Assembly (NCBI GenBank): GCA_019119235.1
Contig: DWXL01000088.1
Coordinates: forward strand, 1 to 51,761
From: Candidatus Blautia excrementigallinarum
GTDB taxonomy: Bacteria > Bacillota > Clostridia > Lachnospirales > Lachnospiraceae
DNA: 51,761 nt
Direction: 5' to 3'
In this document: positions 1 through 10,226 of the stretch, piece by piece
How the letters are laid out: every line of letters begins with the position of its first letter
Numbering within the stretch: position 1 is the first letter of the stretch
Made by a program: the position numbers and the translations under genes
Notes under the pieces: generated by a model
What the model saw: the letters and a program-made list of their open reading frames with translations, nothing else
What the model was told of the DNA's origin: nothing
The model's database searches: none

Positions 1-911
1 TCAGCGAAGTTCTCTTCCTTCTTCTGGATTCCTTCGCCTGTCTCGTAACGGGTAAAGCCTTTGATGGTGATGTTCGCATCGTTAGCCTTTGCAACCTGAG
101 CCACATAAGCGCCAACGGACTGCTTGCCGTCCTCAGCCTTTACATATACCTGGTCAAGCAGGCAGATCTCTTTCAGCTCTTTTTTGATACGTCCGGTAAC
201 GATACCCTGGATAACCTTCTCCGGCTTCTGGGATTCTTTCGGATCGTTCATGATCTGAGCCATAAGGATTTCTTTCTCATGTGCGATGTAGTTCTCGTCA
301 ACTTCGCTGTCGCTTGTGTACTGCGGTTTCAGAGCTGCTACCTGCATGGCAACGTTCTTAGCCATCTCTTTGATCTCGTCGTTTACAACGTCTGTCTCAA
401 CGTCAACAAGAACGCCGATCTTTCCACCCATATGTGTGTAGGAAGCGATAAATCCGTTCTCTTCCTTCATCTGAGCGAATCTTCTGATGTTCATGTTCTC
501 GCCGATAACAGCGATCTGAGCTGCAAGTGCTTCTTTCACACTCTTGGTGGTATCCAGCGCCCACGGCTCAGCCAGGAACGCGTCGATATCAGCTGCTGTG
601 GTTGTCAGCGCCTGTGCCGCAACGTCAGCCACATAGCTCTGGAATTTCTCATTCTTGGCAACGAAGTCTGTCTCTGCGTTAACTTCAACAACAACCGCGC
701 TCTTAGCGTCGTCCGCAACAAGAGTCTTGCAAAGACCCTCGGCTGCAACACGGCTGGCTTTCTTCTGAGCTGTTGCCAGACCTTTTTCACGAAGGAACTC
801 TACTGCCTTGTCCATATCGCCTTCTGTGGCTGTAAGAGCTTTCTTGCAGTCCATCATTCCGGCGCCGGTCATTTCTCTTAATTCTTTTACCTGTGCTGCT
901 GTAATAGCCAT
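1..911 (-). CDS. tsf: Elongation factor Ts (3' end runs off the window)
   Basis: Manual translation: MAITAAQVKELREMTGAGMMDCKKAL...VEVNAETDFVAKN; GGAGG RBS at 921-925; downstream of rpsB; missing from the ORF track because it is truncated. Confidence 0.97.
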   Translation of the reverse strand, partial: MAITAAQVKELREMTGAGMMDCKKALTATEGDMDKAVEFLREKGLATAQKKASRVAAEGLCKTLVADDAKSAVVVEVNAETDFVAKNEKFQSYVADVAAQALTTTAADIDAFLAEPWALDTTKSVKEALAAQIAVIGENMNIRRFAQMKEENGFIASYTHMGGKIGVLVDVETDVVNDEIKEMAKNVAMQVAALKPQYTSDSEVDENYIAHEKEILMAQIMNDPKESQKPEKVIQGIVTGRIKKELKEICLLDQVYVKAEDGKQSVGAYVAQVAKANDANITIKGFTRYETGEGIQKKEENFA

Positions 912-941
912 TTTCATTTTCCTCCTGAATAATCGAAATAA

Positions 942-1697
942 TTACTCTTCCTCAGCTGCTGCTTCCTCAGCAAACTCTTCGGATTCTGCTTCGATCTCGC
1001 CGTCAGCGTCTGCCGCGCCCTGGTTTGCCTCGATAACAGCGTCTGCCATCTTGGAAACGATCAGCTTAACGGCACGGATAGCGTCGTCGTTGCCCGGGAT
1101 CACATAATCCAGTTCTTCCGGATCGCAGTTGGTATCGCAGATACCGATCAGCGGGATTCCCAGTGTATGAGCTTCCTGTACGCAGATTCTTTCTTTCTTC
1201 GGGTCAACTACAAAGATCGCATCCGGAAGACGCTTCATCTCTTTGATACCGCCAAGGTTCTTCTGCAGCTTGGACAGCTCTTTTCTTAACTCAATAACTT
1301 CTTTCTTCGGAAGCACATCAAATGTTCCGTCAGCTTCCATAGCCTCGATCTCTTTCAGTCTTGCGATACGGCTCTGGATTGTCTTGAAGTTGGTAAGCAT
1401 ACCGCCCAGCCATCTCTCGTTTACGTAGAACTGTCCGCAGCGCTCTGCCTCAGTCTTGATAGCGTCCTGAGCCTGTTTCTTGGTTCCTACGAAAAGGATG
1501 TTTCCGCCGTTGGCGATGATGTCTGCAACTGCGTTGTATGCGTCGTCAACCATTCCTACAGACTGCTGAAGATCGATGATATAGATACCATTTCTCTCTG
1601 TGTAGATGTAGGGAGCCATTTTGGGGTTCCATCTTCTTGTCTGATGTCCGAAATGAACACCTGCTTCCAAAAGCTGTTTCATTGAAATTACACTCAT
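942..1697 (-). CDS. rpsB: 30S ribosomal protein S2
   Basis: [27 protein letters not shown]; start moved to ATG 1697 behind an AAGGAG RBS. Confidence 0.99.
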   Translation of the reverse strand: MSVISMKQLLEAGVHFGHQTRRWNPKMAPYIYTERNGIYIIDLQQSVGMVDDAYNAVADIIANGGNILFVGTKKQAQDAIKTEAERCGQFYVNERWLGGMLTNFKTIQSRIARLKEIEAMEADGTFDVLPKKEVIELRKELSKLQKNLGGIKEMKRLPDAIFVVDPKKERICVQEAHTLGIPLIGICDTNCDPEELDYVIPGNDDAIRAVKLIVSKMADAVIEANQGAADADGEIEAESEEFAEEAAAEEE

Positions 1698-1723
1698 GTT
1701 TCTGTCTCCTTTTTGGTTAAATT

Positions 1724-1800
1724 CTTCCGCGCAGATCATGTTCTATCCGGACCCGGCCTGTTCTGTCCGGGCACCTTCCATAAGAATCTCTGCGCGTGTT
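1724..1800 (-). ncRNA. rpsB 5' leader structure (probable S2 autoregulatory RNA)
   Basis: ACACGCGCAGA...TCTGCGCGGAAG closing stem plus inner CCCGG/CCGGG hairpin in the rpsB 5' UTR, where S2 leaders are known to sit. Confidence 0.6.
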
Positions 1801-1839
1801 TATTATTCCGGAAAGTTCTCTCCGGCCTGCAACTTCTGA

Positions 1840-1869
1840 ATTATAGCATAGAAAAACCCTCCGTGTAAA
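1840..1869 (-). promoter_or_regulatory. sigmaA promoter of rpsB-tsf
   Basis: TTTACA ... TGCTATAAT (extended -10). Confidence 0.65.
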
Positions 1870-1879
1870 GAGGGTTTTC
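1851..1879 (-). terminator. Intrinsic terminator after rsuA, overlapping the rpsB -35
   Basis: AAAACCCTC-loop-GAGGGTTTT hairpin with U tract. Confidence 0.6.
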
Positions 1880-1922
1880 ACATTTTATCGGCAATCTTTA
1901 CCTGTATTTTACGGTTCCGCGC

Positions 1923-2678
1923 TTATTTCTTCCCCGCCTGCTTCAGTTCCGTCACTTCCTGTTCCGTCAGAGGACGGCATTCGCCTTTTTTCAGATCCTC
2001 CGGAAGTGTGAGCGGCCCCATGGAAACACGCTTCAGATAGATGACCGGTTTCCCCACAGCCTCCATCATACGCTTTACCTGGTGAAATTTCCCCTCGCAG
2101 ATGGAAAGCAGAAGTTCTGTACAGCCCGGCCCGGGGTCTCCACCGTCTCCGCCGGTCCGTTTCAGGATCTCAGCCCTGGCTGGAAGCGTCGGCTTCTCTT
2201 CACCGATATCCACGCCCTGTTCCAGCCGGATCCTGTCATCTTCGGTTACGATCCCCTCCGCGCGCAGGAAATAGGTCTTCTCCACGTGGCGGGCGGGAGC
2301 AAGAAGCTCGTGCGCCAGCATCCCGTCATTCGTGATCAGAAGCAGGCCTTCTGTATCCTTATCCAGTCTCCCCACTGGAAAAAGGCCTCTGCGGCCGGAA
2401 GGGACATAGTCCATAACGGTCCTGTCATTCCTGTCTTCTGTGGCGCTGACGCATCCCGCCGGTTTATGAAGAAGGTAATAGACAAATTCCGGTTCCGCCT
2501 CAACCCGCTCTCCTTTGAGAAGAACAGAATCCCTCTCCGGATCGATCTTCTGTTCCGGCTTTTTTACTGTCATGTCATTGACCTGTACCAGGCCTTTCTG
2601 AATATATTTCTTTACTTCGCTTCTGGTCCCTCTGCCGCTGTCTGCCAGAAACTTATCAAGCCGCACTGCTTTACTCAT
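1923..2678 (-). CDS. rsuA: RsuA/RluB-family pseudouridine synthase with S4 domain
   Basis: RLDKFLA S4 domain, GRLDKDTEGLLL catalytic motif, EGKFHQVKRM. Confidence 0.9.
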   Translation of the reverse strand: MSKAVRLDKFLADSGRGTRSEVKKYIQKGLVQVNDMTVKKPEQKIDPERDSVLLKGERVEAEPEFVYYLLHKPAGCVSATEDRNDRTVMDYVPSGRRGLFPVGRLDKDTEGLLLITNDGMLAHELLAPARHVEKTYFLRAEGIVTEDDRIRLEQGVDIGEEKPTLPARAEILKRTGGDGGDPGPGCTELLLSICEGKFHQVKRMMEAVGKPVIYLKRVSMGPLTLPEDLKKGECRPLTEQEVTELKQAGKK

Positions 2679-2696
2679 GTTCTCCCCCTGTCCTTT

Positions 2697-3488
2697 TCAG
2701 GTTCTCATTTCCTGCTTCCGCTGGAAATATGCGGTTCCCGCGATCATGATACACAAAAGCGTCACATAGATCAGCAGTATCCAGGAAAGATTTCTCTCCA
2801 GAAGCCATGGCGCCGCCTCCGTAAATACCAGCGACCAGATATTGGCAGCCATATGAAGCAGGGCGCTGGCCCAGATGCTTCCTGTGATCTCCAGAAAATA
2901 CGCGAACACAGCGCCCAGAATGCCCGCATATACCGCCTGTATGAGATTCATATGGTAAATTCCGAAAAAAGCGGCGGATATCAGGATCGCCGCGCCTGTT
3001 CTCACATAATCCCGAAGCCGCAGGTAGATCAGCCACCGGAATACCGCTTCCTCTGCAATGGGAGCGACGATTCCCATCCAGAAAATCATGGTCAGGATAT
3101 TTTTCCCAAAGGTGATCTGATCCATGGTTTGCTGATACTGCTGATAGTTGAGGACATTCTGGAACAGCCCTACCAGGATATTGGCGAACTGTGAGAATCC
3201 AAGTCCCATCAGAAAGAGCAGGAGCCCCTCTCCCGGAGAAAGACGCCTGACTTTCTTCACCGGCAGCAATCCGCCGAAAACGCGGGCGCGTCTGTCCCTG
3301 CTGTACAGATACGCGCAGGGGATCAGCACAAGAAGCCCCGTAAGTCCGGTAAGCATGAGCACCTGGCTCTGATAATCCTCATAAGTTCCTCCCGACGCCA
3401 GCAGATAGTTCACGGCCGAATACGCCACAATCTGACTGATCAGGAAATGTATCCCGCAGGGATATATCACCCTCCACACCCTGTACAA
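2697..3488 (-). CDS. CPBP (CAAX/Abi) family intramembrane metalloprotease
   Basis: APIAEEAVFR, FGIYH and LHMAAN motifs; multiple TM segments; start uncertain. Confidence 0.85.
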   Translation of the reverse strand: MYRVWRVIYPCGIHFLISQIVAYSAVNYLLASGGTYEDYQSQVLMLTGLTGLLVLIPCAYLYSRDRRARVFGGLLPVKKVRRLSPGEGLLLFLMGLGFSQFANILVGLFQNVLNYQQYQQTMDQITFGKNILTMIFWMGIVAPIAEEAVFRWLIYLRLRDYVRTGAAILISAAFFGIYHMNLIQAVYAGILGAVFAYFLEITGSIWASALLHMAANIWSLVFTEAAPWLLERNLSWILLIYVTLLCIMIAGTAYFQRKQEMRT

Positions 3489-3511
3489 AAGAGATTGTCT
3501 GCGCAGAGGGG

Positions 3512-4159
3512 TCAGGCGAAAAAATCAAGGACTCCGTCAGCGGAATCCGCGGTCTTTAAAGCGCCGGCCGTTGTCAGTTCCTCTTCTGATCCGTAGCCGT
3601 AGGTCACTCCCACGCATTTCATCCCGCAGGCTGCCGCTCCCAGTACGTCGTGCTCTCTGTCGCCGATCATTACTGCTTCTCCTGCATGTCCTGACAGGCC
3701 CAGCCTCCGGAGCGTCTCTTCGATAACTTCGGCCTTGCCTGTGCGGGCGCCGTTCATCTCGCTCCCTACGATCACTTCAAAATAATCTGTGAGATGAAAA
3801 TGATCCAGCACCTTCTTCACGAAATATTCCGGTTTGGAAGAAGCTACGGCAAGACGGTAGCCTTTGTTTTTCAGTACATTCAGCATGTTTTCCACGCCGG
3901 GATACACCTGATTCTCAAAAATCCCCGTATCCGCATACCGTTCCCGATAATATTCCACAGCCTTTCTTGCTGTTTCTTCATCAAGATCCGCGTATTTCAT
4001 AAACTGATCCAGAAGAGGCGGACCTACGAACACTTTAAGCTTCTCCAGGTCGCTCTCCGGTTTCCCGATCTTCTCCAGCGCGTACTGCACGGATTTCGTG
4101 ATACCCTCGCCGGATTCTGTGAGGGTTCCGTCCAGATCAAATAAGATTGCTTTATACAT
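3512..4159 (-). CDS. HAD-family hydrolase (phosphoglycolate phosphatase/5'-nucleotidase-like)
   Basis: FDLDGTL, SSK and IGDREHD motifs. Confidence 0.9.
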   Translation of the reverse strand: MYKAILFDLDGTLTESGEGITKSVQYALEKIGKPESDLEKLKVFVGPPLLDQFMKYADLDEETARKAVEYYRERYADTGIFENQVYPGVENMLNVLKNKGYRLAVASSKPEYFVKKVLDHFHLTDYFEVIVGSEMNGARTGKAEVIEETLRRLGLSGHAGEAVMIGDREHDVLGAAACGMKCVGVTYGYGSEEELTTAGALKTADSADGVLDFFA

Positions 4160-4221
4160 AAATCCCTCCGGTTTATCTATAAATTTCCCCTTCGCGGCAG
4201 ACTCTCCGTTCCCTTCCGGAT

Positions 4222-5154
4222 TCAGTTATTCTCCGCCGCCGGGCTGTTACCGGTTAGTATAACACGGTTCCCTCCTTCCGTCCATGGATATTCCGTGAAC
4301 ACTGCCAGTTCCACATGATTTCTGTTTTCCCGGGAACAGGTCCGTATCACGATCCTGCCGTTCTTCCTCTCCCAGTCTGCTTCCAGACCGTTTACCCGGA
4401 GAGATAATATCTCCGGTTCTTTTATGAAACGAAAAACCAGATAAAGTTCTTCGGCAGCCTCTGTTTCGCCTTTCCAGTACATCAGTCTCCCGGGCCGGAC
4501 GGCGGATCGCGAAAGATCCGAAGATTCATTCACATCTGCTGCAGGGGAAGGCTCAGGAGACGGAGAGCTGGACGATTCGGGCGTCAGTGTCGGCGTTGGA
4601 TCCGGCTCCGGCGTCGGTGACGAAGCCGGTTCAGGGGACAGTGTCAGGATGGAAGATGGTTCAGGTACTGACGTCAGAGAAGCGTCAGATGGTTCCGCCG
4701 CAGTTGGGAACGCGGAATTCCACGATTCCTGATTATCCTGTTGTCCCGCGCCGCCTCCGTCTCCCGGCGGGGACTGAATGTTCCCGTTTCCATCTGATCC
4801 TGTCTGACTGCTCCAGCCTCCTTCCACTCCGGACTGAATGTTCCCGTTTCCTCCTGATCCTGCCTGGCTGCTCCAGGCTCCTCCTGATCCTGTCTGGCTG
4901 CCCTGGCTTCCTTCCGGCCCGGTCCATCCGGACAGTTTCCCTTCTGGTTCCGCTGTGTCTCCTCCCGATCCCGGCGTGTCGTCTCCCGATTCCGGCGTGT
5001 TTCCTCCCGCCGTCTCCCCGGAGAGAAGTTCCTGGTCCCATCCGGGAGGCGTCTCTGTATATCCGCCCGTACCTATTTCCACATCAAATCCTCCCAGTTC
5101 CACAGCCAGCAGCATACAGACAGAAAGGATTATTTCTGCAAATCTTCCGCTCAT
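4222..5154 (-). CDS. Hypothetical exported protein with a Gly/Ser/Pro low-complexity region
   Basis: Hydrophobic N-terminus, low-complexity middle, globular C-terminal ~90 aa; ATGA overlap with the kinase stop. Confidence 0.65.
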   Translation of the reverse strand: MSGRFAEIILSVCMLLAVELGGFDVEIGTGGYTETPPGWDQELLSGETAGGNTPESGDDTPGSGGDTAEPEGKLSGWTGPEGSQGSQTGSGGAWSSQAGSGGNGNIQSGVEGGWSSQTGSDGNGNIQSPPGDGGGAGQQDNQESWNSAFPTAAEPSDASLTSVPEPSSILTLSPEPASSPTPEPDPTPTLTPESSSSPSPEPSPAADVNESSDLSRSAVRPGRLMYWKGETEAAEELYLVFRFIKEPEILSLRVNGLEADWERKNGRIVIRTCSRENRNHVELAVFTEYPWTEGGNRVILTGNSPAAENN

Positions 5155-6239
5155 CTTTCCTGCCCCTTCCTTTCCTCTGTATTCAACCGGCAGACTCCGG
5201 CCTCTGCAAACACTATGTTCTCTTCCGCCAGCCGGTTTCTTGCTATCATAAGCCTGATCCGTTCCTGGGACTGTCTGTCTTTATATTCTTTTTCCAGTCT
5301 CGCAAGGGAATCCTCGATAATACGGATCATCTCTTCTCTCACTCCGACGCCTCCGCTCCGGAAAGGCATGGAATAATACCAGGCAGTCACCGGAGACAGC
5401 GCCTGATCAAGCTCTGGCAGAGGGACCGGATTTCCCGGCCGTTCCTGAAATTTCATGGAAACAGCGATAAAAAGCAGAAGAGCCCCCATGGCCGGGATCA
5501 GAATATTCCAGAGTTTTACGGTCAGAGGCCGGAGAGCGTTCAGCGCCTGTTCCGCCTCCGAAGCGTTTTTCCAGCGTTTCTCCGGCTGTCTTCTGCAGCA
5601 CTTTCCGATAAATCTTCTCAGTCCGGGATACTGGATAAAATACCGGAATTTCTTTTTGCCGCACAGCGCTTCCAGCGTTCTTCCCAGTGTGTAAATATCG
5701 CTGGCGGAGCCGATCTGTCCCTGATACTGCTCCGGCGAAGCGTACCCCTTCGTACCCGAACAGTCCTGATACTGCCTTTCATATCCCAGAACCGCGCTGC
5801 CGAAATCTACCAGATACAGTTCCCCCTCTTCCGTCATCATCAGATTGTCCGGTTTCAGATCTCCGTAATAGACCGCCGGTTTCCTGGAATGTAGATAACC
5901 GAAGATCTGAAGCACTTTACGGCCGGTCTCTATGATCTCTTCCGCCGTAAATATCCTCCCATCCTCCAGATACTGCCTGAGCGATTTCCCACGGATATAT
6001 TCCATCACCAGATAGCAGTGATCTCCCTGCTCCGTGTAATCTGTCATTGCAGGCAGAAACGGATGATCCAGAAGACGGAGAAGTTTCGCTTCTCTTTTTC
6101 TGTTCAGCGGAAGTTCCTTTACCGCCCGGTAAACGCCCAGTTCCAGATCTCTGCCAAGATACATGGAACCTTCTCCGCCTTTTCCGATCCGGCTGACGAT
6201 ACAGTAACGGCCTTTTAAAATTATTCCTGTCAGACTGAT
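5151..6239 (-). CDS. Hanks-type Ser/Thr protein kinase with C-terminal TM; probable non-canonical start (ATC 6239 or CTG 6233)
   Basis: In-frame upstream extension supplies IGKGGEGS Gly loop; AVKE, GDLKPDN, DFG, GTKGYASPEQ; GGAGG 7 nt before the ATC. Confidence 0.8.
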   Translation of the reverse strand: MSLTGIILKGRYCIVSRIGKGGEGSMYLGRDLELGVYRAVKELPLNRKREAKLLRLLDHPFLPAMTDYTEQGDHCYLVMEYIRGKSLRQYLEDGRIFTAEEIIETGRKVLQIFGYLHSRKPAVYYGDLKPDNLMMTEEGELYLVDFGSAVLGYERQYQDCSGTKGYASPEQYQGQIGSASDIYTLGRTLEALCGKKKFRYFIQYPGLRRFIGKCCRRQPEKRWKNASEAEQALNALRPLTVKLWNILIPAMGALLLFIAVSMKFQERPGNPVPLPELDQALSPVTAWYYSMPFRSGGVGVREEMIRIIEDSLARLEKEYKDRQSQERIRLMIARNRLAEENIVFAEAGVCRLNTEERKGQER

Positions 6240-6412
6240 AAAACCGCCTCCCTGTGAAATTTGATTTTATAAATGGGATTAATGCCGGAAGAATCCCGGC
6301 TGAAGAATTAACTGATAAGATAAAAAGATTATATCACACTGTGAGCCGTCTGTTTCTGAAATTTTTATAAACTGTTTTTCATACGCCGGATCTCCGTTCC
6401 TCCATAGATAAA

Positions 6413-6441
6413 GGGCAGCCTGTCCTCTGACAGAACTGCCC
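6413..6441 (-). terminator. Terminator-like hairpin after argS
   Basis: GGGCAG...CTGCCC stem with inner CTGTC/GACAG, followed by TTTAT. Confidence 0.55.
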
Positions 6442-6450
6442 CGTTTTCTC

Positions 6451-8217
6451 TTACATCCTCTCCGGTGCGGAGAATCCCAGAAGATCGATGGCCGTCTCCA
6501 GAATATTCCTTGTCAGTTCCAGAAGACTGAGGAAGGATTTCTTCTGTGCGGCGTTCTCCTCGCCAAGGATCCTGGTCTCGTGATAAAAACTGTTAAAGGC
6601 GTTGGACACCTCATAGATATAAGCGCAGATCTTATGAGGCGCTTTCTCTTCGTAAGCGTTCTCCACAGTGCTTCCGAACTTCGTAAGCTCCAGCATGAGA
6701 TTCTTCTCGCTGTCGTTCATCGGCGCCAGAAGCTGCGCGTTCTCCATTGTTCCGCCCTCTTCTCTGTAACGGTTCAGGATGGATTTGATCCTGACAATAG
6801 TATAGAGAATATACGGACCTGTATTTCCCTCGAAAGAAGTAAAGCGGTCGATATCAAAAACATAATCCTTGGTGGCCTGATTGGACAGGTCTCCGTACTT
6901 GATGGCGGAAAGACCCACGATCTTAGCCGTCTCTTCCGCATCCTTATCTCTTACGCTTCTGTTCTCCACGATCTTGCGGTACATTTCTTCGTTGATGTCC
7001 GCGATCAGTGTTTCCAGACGCATAACGCCGCCCTCTCTCGTCTTGAAAGGCTTGCCGTCTTTGCCGTTCATGGTTCCGAATCCCAGGAAGGAAAGCTTCG
7101 TGTCCTTTTCCACCAGACCGGTCTTCCGCGCGCAGCGGAATACCTGGATGAAATGGAGTTCCTGGCGCTTATCCACCACATAGAGGATCTCGTCAGGATG
7201 ATAAAGCTTCATCCGCTCTACAATAGTAGCGAGGTCCGTAGTCGTGTACAGGGAAGCCCCGTCTGATTTAAGAAGCATACAGGGCGGGATCTCCTTGGTG
7301 TCCGTCTCTTCTTTTACATCCACCACCAGAGCGCCCTGATCCTCATAGGCGTATCCCTGATCCTTCATAGCCTGCACCATGTCCGGGATATAAGGCTGGG
7401 CGTCGGATTCTTTTTTCCACAGGTCAAAGGAAACTTTCAGATTGTCATAATTCCGCTTCAGGTCGGTAACGGAAACCTGCATGATGTGATTCCAGAGCGC
7501 CGTATAACCCGGTTTCCCCTGCTGAAGAAGGTGAGTCGCCTCCAGAGCCTCGTTGCGGTACTCCTCATCCTCTTTGGATTTCGCGCTGGCGCAGGGATAG
7601 ATTTCCTCCAGTTCGCCGATGGTAAACGGAGCCTCGGAAGGATATTCGCCCTGATAGCTGTCGTCAAAATATACAAGCTCCGGTTTCCTGTGTTTCAGTT
7701 CTGTGATGATCAGACCCATCTGAAGGCCCCAGTCGCCCAGATGCACGTCACCGATCACTTTGTCTCCCACATATCTTCCGATACGTTTGATGCTCTCGCC
7801 GATAATAGCGGAGCGCAGATGACCTACGTGAAGAGGCTTCGCCACATTCGGACCGCCGTAATCGATGATCACCGTTTTGGGATTCTCCGCCTCATTCACG
7901 GAAAACTTCGGATCCTCTCCCATCTCTTTCAGGTAGGAGGCCAGAAATTCCCCTTTCACATTGAGATTGATAAAACCGGGTTTCACCACTTCCACTTTGG
8001 AAAACACGGAACTCTCGCCCAGATTCGCCACAACATCCTCAGCGATCATGAACGGGGCTTTTTTATATGCTTTCGCTCCCGCCATGGCCCCGTTGCACTG
8101 AAACTCGCAGAGGTCCGGACGGTTTGATACTGTCACGCGGCCGTACTCGGGCGCGTATCCGGCCTTTTCAAAGGCAGAGGACAATTCCTCTGCCATAATT
8201 TCCATAAACTTTTTCAT
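6451..8217 (-). CDS. argS: Arginine--tRNA ligase
   Basis: PNVAKPLHVGHLRS, GDWGLQMG, KPFKTR, FEGNTGPYILY. Confidence 0.97.
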   Translation of the reverse strand: MKKFMEIMAEELSSAFEKAGYAPEYGRVTVSNRPDLCEFQCNGAMAGAKAYKKAPFMIAEDVVANLGESSVFSKVEVVKPGFINLNVKGEFLASYLKEMGEDPKFSVNEAENPKTVIIDYGGPNVAKPLHVGHLRSAIIGESIKRIGRYVGDKVIGDVHLGDWGLQMGLIITELKHRKPELVYFDDSYQGEYPSEAPFTIGELEEIYPCASAKSKEDEEYRNEALEATHLLQQGKPGYTALWNHIMQVSVTDLKRNYDNLKVSFDLWKKESDAQPYIPDMVQAMKDQGYAYEDQGALVVDVKEETDTKEIPPCMLLKSDGASLYTTTDLATIVERMKLYHPDEILYVVDKRQELHFIQVFRCARKTGLVEKDTKLSFLGFGTMNGKDGKPFKTREGGVMRLETLIADINEEMYRKIVENRSVRDKDAEETAKIVGLSAIKYGDLSNQATKDYVFDIDRFTSFEGNTGPYILYTIVRIKSILNRYREEGGTMENAQLLAPMNDSEKNLMLELTKFGSTVENAYEEKAPHKICAYIYEVSNAFNSFYHETRILGEENAAQKKSFLSLLELTRNILETAIDLLGFSAPERM

Positions 8218-8254
8218 GTTCTGTCACACCTCGTATCTATATTCTTGTCCATTT

Positions 8255-9124
8255 TCAGACTGTAACTTTCTTCGCGCAGGTAACCGCCAGCGCTCCGTGC
8301 CCGATATGGCAGGCCACGCTTAAGGAAAGAGGATCCATGTGGATATCGAAGCCCGGAAAAGCCGCTTCCACTTCTTTCTTAAATTCTTCCGCCTCTTCCA
8401 GATTTCCGGTATACGCCATATCCAGGCGCATCTCCCCGGACTGCACGTACTTCGCGAAACGGTTCTCAAGATCCTCCTGCACCGCTTTGATGATCACACG
8501 TTTCGCCTGTTTCTTGCCTCTGACCTTGGCATAGGCGTCCAGCTTGCCTCCCTGGATCTGGAGTACCGGCTTTAAGTTGAGCACTGTGCCGATCGCCGCC
8601 GCGGCAGGGGTGATCCTTCCGCCTCTTTTCAGATATTTCAGAGTTTCCAGTGTGATATAAATACTGGATTCCAGTTTTTCTTTTTCCAGGATCTCCTTGA
8701 TCTCCGCCGCGCTGCGTCCTGCCTTCACAAGCTCAATAGCGTCCAGGACAGAACGTCTCTGCGTCACGGAAATCCTCTGGTTATCCACCACCTGAACTTT
8801 CCCGTCGTAGTCTCTCGCAAGACTCATCGCCGTTTCACAGGAAGCGCTCAGTCCGCTGGACATGGGGATATGCACAACTTCGTCATATTCTTTCAGAAGA
8901 TTATCCCACAGCCCGCACACCTCGCCCGGGCTGGGCTGAGAAGTGGAAATCTTTTCATCCTGCATCAGGCGTTTGTAGAATTCCTCCTGGCTGAGTGTGA
9001 TTCCTTCCAGATACATTACATCGTTAATATAAAAGGGCATGGGAACAACGTATACTCCCAGTTCCCGGCCCTGATCCTGCGTGATACCGCTGTTGCTGTC
9101 CGTCACAATCGCAATTTTTCCCAT
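8255..9124 (-). CDS. DegV-family fatty-acid-binding protein
   Basis: IVTDS, STSQPS, SSGLS, GGRI, KPVL, HIG motifs. Confidence 0.92.
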   Translation of the reverse strand: MGKIAIVTDSNSGITQDQGRELGVYVVPMPFYINDVMYLEGITLSQEEFYKRLMQDEKISTSQPSPGEVCGLWDNLLKEYDEVVHIPMSSGLSASCETAMSLARDYDGKVQVVDNQRISVTQRRSVLDAIELVKAGRSAAEIKEILEKEKLESSIYITLETLKYLKRGGRITPAAAAIGTVLNLKPVLQIQGGKLDAYAKVRGKKQAKRVIIKAVQEDLENRFAKYVQSGEMRLDMAYTGNLEEAEEFKKEVEAAFPGFDIHMDPLSLSVACHIGHGALAVTCAKKVTV

Positions 9125-9221
9125 ACATATTCTCCTTAGAATTCAAGACTCACTGCCTGTAGTGTAACACATTTTTGCCAGTATCACAATTGTGAAAATC
9201 AAACATTCTTAAATAATAATT

Positions 9222-10226
9222 TCAGGTTTTCTTCCACAAAAAAGAAAGAACAAATGCTGTTATGGAATAAAAAACAGATATGAGTCCGGACATGATATTT
9301 TCGGTCTGCAGAACTGATTTTGGAAACATCAGGTACAGCTTCATCCTTTCGGCTTCTGTCTTAAGTTTCTCCTGCCAGAAAGCAAAATCCGACCACTTCC
9401 CGGGGATCCAATCACCCGGAATCCTCACGTTCCTCCACAAAAACACCACCACAGTCCCCGCCAGCAGAAATCCGGCCGCCGTCCACAGCCAGTACGAGGA
9501 GTTTTTGAACCCATACTTTTTTCGTTCTGACGCCATCGCCTTAAAAAGACAGACGAAGATCATGCCGGGCAGAAGCATCAGCGCCGCGGATACCGGCGCT
9601 TTCAGAAAACCGCCGTCCGTCAGGACCCCTGTAAGTCCATATTTTATCATAAACTGCCGGGCGCTGTTCTCTCTGCTGTTTCCCGTAACCTCCAGGAAAA
9701 CTCTGGTACATGTGTTTTCTCTCTCCTCCGGGTGAAAAAGTATCATCTGCTGTTTCCAGGGAATGACTTTCCTGACCGTATATTCCCTGCCGTCGAAACT
9801 GAGCGGTCTGTCTTCCCCTTCCGTTGTCCCGAAAAGATCCAGAGCCGTTTTTTCATCGATCACACATCCCGTCCTGTCTTCTTCAGAAAAACCGTTCAGC
9901 CGGCTGTCATAAAGCGCCGCGTTTCCATACAGCCCGCCTGCGGGAGCCTGCGACGTTCTTCCGTACTGTGTATCGCTCAGCTCTTTCAGGCCGGCGTCCT
10001 GATAGAAACATATCCCGGATGGATTTTCCGACCCAGCTTCCGTTTCCAGGATTTCCTCCGCTTTCCGGCCGTCCGGACAGACGCCTGACAGAAATATGGA
10101 GACCGAAGGCTCCTCTCTGATATCTGTCCAGGCCAGTATGCTGTTCCAGTATAAAAAAATTATAACAAATCCGAGAACCGGACGTTTCCACCCGCCCCGC
10201 GCAAACATCCGCATCCTCCCGGTCAT
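9222..10226 (-). CDS. Membrane protein with a MacB-like extracytoplasmic domain
   Basis: N-terminal TM, CVIDEKTALDLFGT segment resembling MacB periplasmic core, three C-terminal TMs, IPGKWSDFAFW. Confidence 0.6.
   Translation of the reverse strand: MTGRMRMFARGGWKRPVLGFVIIFLYWNSILAWTDIREEPSVSIFLSGVCPDGRKAEEILETEAGSENPSGICFYQDAGLKELSDTQYGRTSQAPAGGLYGNAALYDSRLNGFSEEDRTGCVIDEKTALDLFGTTEGEDRPLSFDGREYTVRKVIPWKQQMILFHPEERENTCTRVFLEVTGNSRENSARQFMIKYGLTGVLTDGGFLKAPVSAALMLLPGMIFVCLFKAMASERKKYGFKNSSYWLWTAAGFLLAGTVVVFLWRNVRIPGDWIPGKWSDFAFWQEKLKTEAERMKLYLMFPKSVLQTENIMSGLISVFYSITAFVLSFLWKKT

Noticed and set aside
279-881. 200-aa plus-strand ORF
   Set aside because: Antisense to tsf.
8218-8254. T-box leaders before argS, hisS or aspS
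   Set aside because: Intergenic gaps are too short and no T-box consensus was seen.
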